Positions 20,608 to 28,537 of a stretch of DNA of 64,000 bases are shown here, one piece after another. The DNA is taken from the IMG/VR virus record IMGVR_UViG_3300020578_000011, one strand, 5' to 3'. A program made the position numbers and the translations under genes. Below the pieces are notes generated by a model, which worked only from the letters and a program-made list of their open reading frames with translations, had not been told where the DNA came from and did no database searches. Each line of letters begins with the position of its first letter. Positions within the stretch are counted from its first letter, which is position 1. This DNA is from a virus.

Positions 20608-22062
20608 ATGTACGCTGACGCTTTTAATCAGATTATGCAGGGAATTGAACAAGGAGTGGTCTCTCAAGAAGAGATTGAAAACCTTAATAAGGCACTAGTA
20701 GCGGGATACGGTGGTGCTGGTCGTCCTACTGATCTAACCTATGGCGGTGTTATTCAGACTGAGTCACTTGAATCAACTCTTAAAGTTGTTACATTTGACA
20801 TGAAGAATCTTAAACTCTGGCCAGCAATCACAATCGACAAGGCTTATAACCTATTCGAACAATATAACCGTCTTGTTGGATATGGTTCAGATACTTCGCC
20901 CTATATTGCTGAAGGCGGAGCTGGACAAGAATCAGATTCAACATATGTACGTGACGGACAGCGCATCGTGTTCTTCAGCAAGCGTCGTAAGGTTTCGCAT
21001 CAGATGACTCTTGTTCGCACAACCGTTGGAGACGTTGTAGCTCAACAGGCTAAAGAAGGAACAATGGACCTTCTTAAAGATGTTGAACGTGAACTATACT
21101 GGGGACATGCTCACTTTGCAGATGCATCTGGTGCTCAATCAGGTGCAACAGCTGATCTTCCAGTTAATTCACTTGCCATGAATGGCCTTCTACAACAAAT
21201 CCTTAAGGGTGATCGTGATAGCCAATTTACTTCAAAAGATTTTGAAGGTTGGGGCGCTGAGTCATCATCTGTTGTGAAGGATCTTGCTGGTCTTTCTTTT
21301 GCACAAGACGATGTTGAAGAACTTGCAGTTCGTGCTCTTGAAAATTTCGGAGCTCCAGATCAGCTTCACGCTGAGCCCGCTGCTGTTTCTACATTCGTTC
21401 GTCAATTTTATCCACAGTTCCGTTCTGAACCAGGTCTTGCTGGTCAAACTGTTGGTTATGACGTAGCAAATGTCACCACTACTGCAGGAAAAATTGCACT
21501 TAAACCAAGTCTTTTCCTACGTCCGCGCCAACAAGTTCGTCCAGCAGCTGCTTCAGCTTCTGCTCCTTCTGTTGCGGGTCTAAGTGTTTCTGGAGCTGCT
21601 GCAGGATCAGGATCAGCTCTTTCAGCTGGTAGTTATCATTATGCAGTAACTTTTGTTAATGACTTTGGCGAATCAGCTCCAATTTTAACTTCAGCACCAG
21701 TTTCAGTTACAGCTGGACAAGTTGTTGAATTGACTCTAGCTGGTTCTGTTCCATCTTCTGTCAAGCACATGAAGGTATATCGTGCCGCAAGTGGAGCTGC
21801 AGCTTCAACGGCGCAGTTTATCTCAAATCATCGCGTGGGACTCTCCGCTATTAAAGATGCTGGTGCCAAGCGCCCTGGTCTTGGTGAAGCATTCCTTCTT
21901 GATATGCGTGCTGAAACAATGAAGTTTAAGCAACTTGCTCCTCTTGCTAAGATGAATCTTGCTGTGGTCACAACTGCACTTGAGTTTCTCTTGCTCATGT
22001 ACGGAGCACTATTTGTTTACGCACCGCGATTCAATTGCGTAATGCGAAATGTTGGTAAGTAA
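20608..22062 (+). CDS. Major capsid protein (Herelleviridae-like) with inserted Ig-like domain
   Basis: LNK-ALVAGYG...ESLESTL N-arm (compare VxK-SFTTGYG), EQYNR, ELYWG, QLAPLAKMNLA, LMYGAL..YAP. Insert 'YHYAVTFVNDFGESAP...KVYR'. Confidence 0.9.
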   Translation: MYADAFNQIMQGIEQGVVSQEEIENLNKALVAGYGGAGRPTDLTYGGVIQTESLESTLKVVTFDMKNLKLWPAITIDKAYNLFEQYNRLVGYGSDTSPYIAEGGAGQESDSTYVRDGQRIVFFSKRRKVSHQMTLVRTTVGDVVAQQAKEGTMDLLKDVERELYWGHAHFADASGAQSGATADLPVNSLAMNGLLQQILKGDRDSQFTSKDFEGWGAESSSVVKDLAGLSFAQDDVEELAVRALENFGAPDQLHAEPAAVSTFVRQFYPQFRSEPGLAGQTVGYDVANVTTTAGKIALKPSLFLRPRQQVRPAAASASAPSVAGLSVSGAAAGSGSALSAGSYHYAVTFVNDFGESAPILTSAPVSVTAGQVVELTLAGSVPSSVKHMKVYRAASGAAASTAQFISNHRVGLSAIKDAGAKRPGLGEAFLLDMRAETMKFKQLAPLAKMNLAVVTTALEFLLLMYGALFVYAPRFNCVMRNVGK

Positions 22063-22087
22063 CAAATAGTTAATTTGATTGAATAAT

Positions 22088-22125
22088 ATTAAAACGATCA
22101 GTTAGAAATAGCTGATCGTTTTAAT
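22088..22125 (+). terminator. Intrinsic terminator after the MCP
   Basis: ATTAAAACGATCAGTTA-GAAA-TAGCTGATCGTTTTAAT: a 17-bp stem with a GAAA loop. Confidence 0.85.
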
Positions 22126-22197
22126 TTAATCACAACTAAGATCTGATTGCTAATATAGATGATAAAAAAAACCGAAATATTACTTATCGGTGACATG

Positions 22198-22206
22198 TGG
22201 TACAAT
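22198..22206 (+). promoter_or_regulatory. Extended -10 promoter TGGTACAAT
   Basis: Intergenic, after the terminator and before the SD of the next gene. Confidence 0.55.
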
Positions 22207-22242
22207 AATATTACCCAAGCAAGTGCCTAGGAGATTTAAAGT

Positions 22243-22557
22243 ATGTCACGTCCCATAAACTTACCTGCCGGCTCTTCTAGAACCTCAGACGTTGGTTTGG
22301 TTTGGCGAGAAATAAAAAATGAAACAATTTCTCTTCTCCAGTTTGAGGTTCCAAAATACTGTGCTATAAGAATACATCCAGAAATAGCTGGTTTAAAAGT
22401 ATACTTTGATGGCGAACTAGCTGCAACATTAAAAGTTTCTGAACTCATGTTATTTAACTCCGGCAGAGGATTACCAGATGGCAAAGACACCGTTACACTT
22501 GCGGTAACGGGTGCTTGTCAAATTCAGATTGGTATTGAAATAGATCGCGAAAGGTAA
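22243..22557 (+). CDS. Hypothetical structural protein
   Basis: ORF with AGGAG SD. Confidence 0.7.
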   Translation: MSRPINLPAGSSRTSDVGLVWREIKNETISLLQFEVPKYCAIRIHPEIAGLKVYFDGELAATLKVSELMLFNSGRGLPDGKDTVTLAVTGACQIQIGIEIDRER

Positions 22558-22561
22558 TATT

Positions 22562-23611
22562 ATGTTTTTAGAATCTTTTCGTGATTTATTAAATAAAAAA
22601 ATAGTAAATCAAGAATTAAAAAAAACATTATTAAATACAACAGACTCTATCTTAATTGATCATGTCATAGAGACATTGGAAAAGATGGCTAGACATGCTC
22701 GTCAGTCAGCAAAAGAAAATATTAGTTTATCTAATTTTGTTTCTCAAATGGATCCAGATACAGACCATGCAGAGGCTCATTTTATAAGAGATGCAATGGG
22801 TCATCATGCCTCTCATTATAAGGCAGCTCTACAAGCAGGCAATCAAGATCTTGCAAACACACATGCAAAAGAATTCATTAAACTAGGACATCTTGCTCAT
22901 AAAATAGAGAGAATAGATCCCAGTAAAATGAAATTTGATACAATAGACTTACAACCATGGCAAGCTACCAGATCAGATCTTTTTAGCGATCCCCATAAGA
23001 CAAGTGGAGTAGATTTGACCGGCTGGAGATGTCATAAAAAAATGAAAGGCGGAAAAGACTTTTCCTGGCTTCAGAATCCTCCTCATGCATCTAGATCTAA
23101 TGAGATTTTTTCTAAACCTCATGAGACAATGACAAATCCAGACGGAACCGTTGAGCATCGTTTTCATAATGATGCATTTCCAATGGAGCATGTTAAGATA
23201 AATGGAAAACACATACCTATTGATGACGACATAGATGTTTCTCATGGTCATTTTACACCCCATTCATTTGACATGCATCCAATAATGAGTGTTTTTGACG
23301 AATCTGCCTCTACACATACTCCCGAAAAAGCTTCATCATATCAAGACAGATTATCAAAATTTCATGATTCAGTTTGGGGAAAAAATCTTTTAGCAAAATT
23401 AGGGGAATTTATATCCCCTGAGCATGGAGCAGTCAGAGGCTCGACTGTGCATAAACCAGTTGAAAATCCATTACAAAAACCACAAGACAGAAATACACCA
23501 GCTTCGCTTGATAGCATTGCATCATCAGAAGAACAGAAACACAATGAGAATGTGTCCGATCTTCTTGCTGGTCTAGGTCTTGATAATTCAAATCTAGATG
23601 AAGAAAAATAA
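22562..23611 (+). CDS. His-rich putative internal head protein
   Basis: Head-module ORF with an LEK-M site after a short leader. Confidence 0.55.
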   Translation: MFLESFRDLLNKKIVNQELKKTLLNTTDSILIDHVIETLEKMARHARQSAKENISLSNFVSQMDPDTDHAEAHFIRDAMGHHASHYKAALQAGNQDLANTHAKEFIKLGHLAHKIERIDPSKMKFDTIDLQPWQATRSDLFSDPHKTSGVDLTGWRCHKKMKGGKDFSWLQNPPHASRSNEIFSKPHETMTNPDGTVEHRFHNDAFPMEHVKINGKHIPIDDDIDVSHGHFTPHSFDMHPIMSVFDESASTHTPEKASSYQDRLSKFHDSVWGKNLLAKLGEFISPEHGAVRGSTVHKPVENPLQKPQDRNTPASLDSIASSEEQKHNENVSDLLAGLGLDNSNLDEEK

Positions 23612-23622
23612 CGGAGACAAAC

Positions 23623-24738
23623 ATGCCTGTTGGAGTTATAAAAACAAAAGCAGATCATAAAAAATGGAAAAAAGCAAAAAAGATTGTCGAAGAACAACAC
23701 GGCGAAATACGCTGGCCTTTGGTCATGCACATATATCAACAAATGGCTAAAGATGACGAACCAAAAGATAAAAATGTTTTAATTGAAAGAGCATTAGATA
23801 AACAAGGCAGAAAAGTCGTAATTCCACAAGAGGTTCATGATGTGTTAAAACCAATGTGGGAGAGAGATAAAGATAAATTATTAACACCAGAACAAAAACA
23901 AAAATTAGAATCAATAAAACAAGCAAAACAAAGACGTTCTGAATTTAAAATAGTAAAATCAGCAGAAGAATTAAATTATGTAGAAAGTTCTTTAAAAAAA
24001 ATAAAGCAAGAACTAGATGTTTTTTTTATTTTAGAAAAAGATGAAAAATCTGGATCAGGAGGATGGAAACCACCATCTGGTTTTGACCCCAAGACCCACC
24101 CAGACACAAGCGCATTAATGCTTATTCATGGATTAAATCCACGTGAAGCTTCTTTTATGTCTGGTGCTCATACTTCTAATGAGTATTCTAGAGGTAGGTA
24201 CTTCAGACCAACCCCTCTATCTGAAGGAATGCTTGAACATGCTAAAAGAGTAGCTAAACAAAAATTTGAAGAACATGAGCAAAAAAGAAGAGAAACTGCA
24301 GATCCGGCTCAAAATCCAGATTTATTTTTACAACACAATGCTCAAAGTGTTCACAAGGGATTTAATGGTAATTTTCAAGATGATTTAAAGAATTTTAAAG
24401 AATCTGATGAATTTAAAAATTTATCACAATCTGATAGACCTGGCAGAATCATGCAATGGAAAGCTGATTGGCAAAAACAAAACTTAGAAAATCAAAAACA
24501 ATCAGCCGCAAAAGCAGCTGGACTGCATAGTGAATTGGCAGATCATGCAAACACAGAACGAGCTAAAAAATTAATTGAGCAACGTGAAAACATATTAAGA
24601 GGCGGAGAAGGAGTTTCTGATTCTTCTTTTTCTGATAAGGTTAAAAGAGACACGCCAGATCATAGTGTAGATGAAGATTTAAGCGACGAAGACATGGAAG
24701 ATATAAAAAATCTCGAGGAAGATGATTATGGACGATAA
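23623..24738 (+). CDS. Putative internal head protein
   Basis: N-terminal 'KW.KAK...WPLVMHIYQQM' phage motif; MAK-D, IVK-S and LEK-D sites. Confidence 0.55.
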   Translation: MPVGVIKTKADHKKWKKAKKIVEEQHGEIRWPLVMHIYQQMAKDDEPKDKNVLIERALDKQGRKVVIPQEVHDVLKPMWERDKDKLLTPEQKQKLESIKQAKQRRSEFKIVKSAEELNYVESSLKKIKQELDVFFILEKDEKSGSGGWKPPSGFDPKTHPDTSALMLIHGLNPREASFMSGAHTSNEYSRGRYFRPTPLSEGMLEHAKRVAKQKFEEHEQKRRETADPAQNPDLFLQHNAQSVHKGFNGNFQDDLKNFKESDEFKNLSQSDRPGRIMQWKADWQKQNLENQKQSAAKAAGLHSELADHANTERAKKLIEQRENILRGGEGVSDSSFSDKVKRDTPDHSVDEDLSDEDMEDIKNLEEDDYGR

Positions 24739-25456
24739 TACTATACATAAATATTTAGTAAGTAATTATATGCCATTAATGATTGGTGTTATAAGAAAAA
24801 TGAAAAATAAGGGACTGATACCGCAAGATATGTCTCATTTGAGTCCAGATGAGTTATTTCTTGATCTTTATGAACCAGCTGTTCATGGTTTGATGAAGTC
24901 AATTCATACTTATGATCCTAATAAACTATCTTTAAAAACCGGTAATAAAAAAAGTTTTATAGCACATGCTTGGAGCACGATAAGTGGAATAGTATCCGAT
25001 CATCTTAAAAATAAAAACATAGCATCTGCAGATGTGAATTTAGCTAGAATTAATCAAGCTAAAAAAGAAAACGCATCAACTCAAACTATTGGTATTAAAG
25101 GACAAGGCATAGGTAGAGAGGTAGCAGAACATCTAGGCGGAACTGTTGGAGAAGAAGGAGAGGGGGTCGGTGGAGTTTCAGTTATTAGAAATCCAGAGCA
25201 AGAATTTGCAACAAGACTATCTCCAGAAGCTAAAAATATCCTCCAAGCAAAAATAGATAAAGCAAAAGCTAAACTTGGAGAAAAAACACAAACATCGTCA
25301 GATCAACCACCCGCCTTACCTTCACAGGTAAAGGAACCTTCTTCAACAGAGCCTCAAAAACCAAAGTTAATAATAAGACGCATGGCAAAACCAGATCAAG
25401 TTGATCGCATGGAAAGAATAGATGCTGCAAAAGCAGCATCTAAGAAGCCGGAGTAA
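24728..25456 (+). CDS. Sigma70 region 2-only protein
   Basis: 'LVSNYMPLM...DLYEPAVHGLMKSIHTYDP...SFIAHAWSTISGIVSDHLK' follows the FliA-type region 2 pattern; no region 4. Confidence 0.65.
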   Translation: MDDNTIHKYLVSNYMPLMIGVIRKMKNKGLIPQDMSHLSPDELFLDLYEPAVHGLMKSIHTYDPNKLSLKTGNKKSFIAHAWSTISGIVSDHLKNKNIASADVNLARINQAKKENASTQTIGIKGQGIGREVAEHLGGTVGEEGEGVGGVSVIRNPEQEFATRLSPEAKNILQAKIDKAKAKLGEKTQTSSDQPPALPSQVKEPSSTEPQKPKLIIRRMAKPDQVDRMERIDAAKAASKKPE

Positions 25457-25459
25457 TAA

Positions 25460-26293
25460 ATGTCAATTACAGATTCTCAATACAATCCGCCGTTTCCTCA
25501 TGCTGAGCTGAATCAAGAAACACCTCATCCAGGGCGATATCTATCGCTTCCAACTGCTCAGACTTTAAGAAACACTAGTCTATTTGGAATACCGTTAAGA
25601 TCTTCTTTGACAAATCAAGAAATGAGTGATGCTACTTTAGAAGATTATATTTTAAAATCAATATCTCAATTAGAGCACGAGTTAAACATATTCATAACAC
25701 CTGTTCAATTTGAAGAGCGACATGATTATATTCGTAAGTTGTTTCAAAATTCTTATGCTTTTTTAAAATTAAATAATGCTCCAATTTTAAATGTTCAACA
25801 AGTTAGACTTAGTTTTAGCAACCAACAAGATCCACAACCAGCTTTTATAGAATTTCCATTAGAACATGTTTATGTGGATGCTCAAGAAGGTGGAATAAGA
25901 CTTGTTCCAGCGTATGGGACATCTGTTTCTGGTTTTTTATTATCTGCCTTTGCTGGTGCGCAGATGCATGCTTTAATAGCAGCTGGATTAGATGTTTTTC
26001 CAGGAGCCGTTAGAGTTAGATACAGAGCAGGCTTTGATAAAGATAAGGTGCCTGCTGTTATAGTTGGAATAGTAGAAAAACAAGCAGCATTGTTTGCACT
26101 TACGACAATTGCACCACTCATATTTCCGTATAATTCAGTAAGCATAGGCATAGACGGCGTTAGCCAAGGCGTCGGTACACTTGGGCCTAATTTCTTACAA
26201 GCAAGAATACAGGAACTTCGTCAACAAATACAAGAAGAAAAAGAAGCAGCTAAGACATATTATTTAAAACGTACTTTGATTGATTTTATTTAA
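25460..26293 (+). CDS. Head-tail adaptor/neck protein
   Basis: LEHELNI, ERHDY, VRYRAGF..DKVP, SIGIDGVSQ. Confidence 0.7.
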   Translation: MSITDSQYNPPFPHAELNQETPHPGRYLSLPTAQTLRNTSLFGIPLRSSLTNQEMSDATLEDYILKSISQLEHELNIFITPVQFEERHDYIRKLFQNSYAFLKLNNAPILNVQQVRLSFSNQQDPQPAFIEFPLEHVYVDAQEGGIRLVPAYGTSVSGFLLSAFAGAQMHALIAAGLDVFPGAVRVRYRAGFDKDKVPAVIVGIVEKQAALFALTTIAPLIFPYNSVSIGIDGVSQGVGTLGPNFLQARIQELRQQIQEEKEAAKTYYLKRTLIDFI

Positions 26294-26302
26294 AGGTGTA
26301 AA

Positions 26303-26992
26303 ATGACTGTTAAAAAAAAGTCTAAGAAAATAAATAAAGTTGAGATAAAAAATCCAGATGGTTCTATTTCTAGATACCCAGGTAAAGAACCGCTGATCAA
26401 ACCTAAAAAAGATCTTTCTAAAACAATTTTAGAAAGATGGGAACTTATAAAAGCTGCATTAAATCACGAAGACTCGTTTTTGCCAATGATAAGTCGACAA
26501 GCGGTTGTTGATATGAATAAGACGCCCGAGCAAGATGCCAAAGAGCAAGTGCCAGCGCAGCAAGAACAAGAATCTCAAGAAGACAAGCCTCAAGAAGACA
26601 AACCTCAAGAAGAGCAGCCTCAAGAAGAGCAAGGATCAGACAGCCAAGATCCTGAATACGATGAACAAAAATTAATTGAAATGCTTCAGCAGGAAGGATA
26701 TTCCGATCAGGAAATAGCTCATATAGTTCATGGCCATGTTCCATCTCAACCTTCGCCAGAGGAACTTAAAAATATAGAACAGCATCAAAAACTTAGTCAT
26801 AAAGATGATCTTCATGATGTTACAATTGATCATCAAAAAGCAAACCACGATATAGAGTTGGATCATAAAAAAAGAATGCTAGATCTAGAGCGCGAGCATG
26901 CTAAAAAAGAAAAAGAAATGAGATTAAAGCATTTGGAAGAAGAATTAAAAACAAAATTAGAGCACCTAAAAAATAAACAATCACAACTATGA
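26303..26992 (+). CDS. Putative internal head protein
   Basis: Low-complexity Q/E segment; LSK-T, LIK-A and MNK-T sites. Confidence 0.55.
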   Translation: MTVKKKSKKINKVEIKNPDGSISRYPGKEPLIKPKKDLSKTILERWELIKAALNHEDSFLPMISRQAVVDMNKTPEQDAKEQVPAQQEQESQEDKPQEDKPQEEQPQEEQGSDSQDPEYDEQKLIEMLQQEGYSDQEIAHIVHGHVPSQPSPEELKNIEQHQKLSHKDDLHDVTIDHQKANHDIELDHKKRMLDLEREHAKKEKEMRLKHLEEELKTKLEHLKNKQSQL

Positions 26993-27029
26993 TATTGCTG
27001 TATAATCATATAGTATAAAAAGGTGTCTT

Positions 27030-27983
27030 GTGGAGAGGTTAATTAAATCAAAAAATGGTCAATGGTCATTGATAAAGGTGGCCGATGAAGTTAAAAATAG
27101 AATAGCTGAAAAGGTGTCTAGAATGGCCGAACAAGGTCAGGGAGATGTCAAAGCAAACACCTCAGAAAGCATTTACAACATCCCTAAAGAAGCAAAGGAT
27201 TTCAATCCTCATATTCATTTATTTCATCCCAACGCATCAGATCCTCTTCATAGATTAAATCAAGATGAGTGGCATAGTCATTTTCAAAACATGATGCAAA
27301 ATGATAAATTAAACACTGATCAAATAGATACTCTGGAGGCAGAAAATAAGCGTCGTGACAATGTTATCCACATGGCGAATCAAAAAAAATCAAAAAAACC
27401 AGTCTTTGATCCAAGAGCTATAAAAAGAGGCGAGTCTGATGTAAGATTTGACAATGTAGATTATAAAGTGCGTATAGAAAGAGATTTTGGAGACATAGAT
27501 AGAATGTCTCCCGAAGATAGAGAAAAAATTAAACAACAACACAACCTATCTACAGAAAACATAATGCAAAGAAAAGAACAACAAGAAAAGCAGCAAGCAA
27601 AAAATAAAGAACTTGCAGATAGCCACGCTGCTGAAGTTGAAAGAGTCAAGCATGAAAAGTTTAAAGAAGCTCAAAAATCAATAATGAAAAATTTACCACT
27701 TAACGATAAAAAACAAATGGATGACCTTTATAAAAGAATATCCGGCAGTAAGGATCTTGCAGACAAAATATCAAGATACCTTCACATTGTACATGAAGTC
27801 AAACCAGATGGATCTGTTGCAAATATTTCTTACCATCTTAAAAATCATGCTAGTGAACAGTTAAACGACTTCGTCACATCAATGCGCGGCGACAATGCTC
27901 CGTACACTGAAAATAGATTTGTAGGATTAGACGATGTAAATCCACATGACACACCTAACTTGATTGATAAAAAGGGAGCTTGA
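27030..27983 (+). CDS. Putative head cargo protein with N-terminal KNGQWSL peptide
   Basis: Starts MERLIKSKNGQWSLIK. Confidence 0.6.
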   Translation: MERLIKSKNGQWSLIKVADEVKNRIAEKVSRMAEQGQGDVKANTSESIYNIPKEAKDFNPHIHLFHPNASDPLHRLNQDEWHSHFQNMMQNDKLNTDQIDTLEAENKRRDNVIHMANQKKSKKPVFDPRAIKRGESDVRFDNVDYKVRIERDFGDIDRMSPEDREKIKQQHNLSTENIMQRKEQQEKQQAKNKELADSHAAEVERVKHEKFKEAQKSIMKNLPLNDKKQMDDLYKRISGSKDLADKISRYLHIVHEVKPDGSVANISYHLKNHASEQLNDFVTSMRGDNAPYTENRFVGLDDVNPHDTPNLIDKKGA

Positions 27984-27985
27984 TA

Positions 27986-28534
27986 ATGGAAAAGTTGATA
28001 AAATCAAAAAATGGTCAATGGTCTTTAACAAAAGCAAAAGACTCCTCTGGAGACAACGACAACAACGAGATGCTAATGTCTCAACTTAAGCAGATTGTTC
28101 ACCATGTTAAAGAATTGAATTCAAACATAGATAGATCGGGCAATGAGCCTGATTGGGTAAATGCTAAAATCACAGAGGCAGCAAAAGCATTGTCAGATGT
28201 TGCTCATTATATCGACGGTCTTAAAGATGTTAAAAAGACCGAAGAAATGAAAAAAAATATGAATGATGATATGGAAAAAGAAATAAGAAGATTGCAAGCC
28301 AATAAAGATGCTGCTGGTAACTTTATAAGACCTAGAGTCAAACCCGGTAAAGCAAATAGATTTATGCATGGTGGAGTTCAAGGTTGGAATCTATTTGATG
28401 AAAGAGTAGATGAAAAAATGCAAGGTAAGAAACCTAAAAAAGAGTCAACTGATAAAGCAAAAAGCATTCAACAACCAAATACTAAACCAAAAATAGTAAT
28501 CAGAAGAAAAAAACCTAGCACAACTGAGGAGTGA
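27986..28534 (+). CDS. Putative head cargo protein with N-terminal KNGQWSL peptide
   Basis: Starts MEKLIKSKNGQWSLTK; contains the 'PDWVNAKITEA...VAHY' phage motif. Confidence 0.6.
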   Translation: MEKLIKSKNGQWSLTKAKDSSGDNDNNEMLMSQLKQIVHHVKELNSNIDRSGNEPDWVNAKITEAAKALSDVAHYIDGLKDVKKTEEMKKNMNDDMEKEIRRLQANKDAAGNFIRPRVKPGKANRFMHGGVQGWNLFDERVDEKMQGKKPKKESTDKAKSIQQPNTKPKIVIRRKKPSTTEE

Positions 28535-28537
28535 TTT

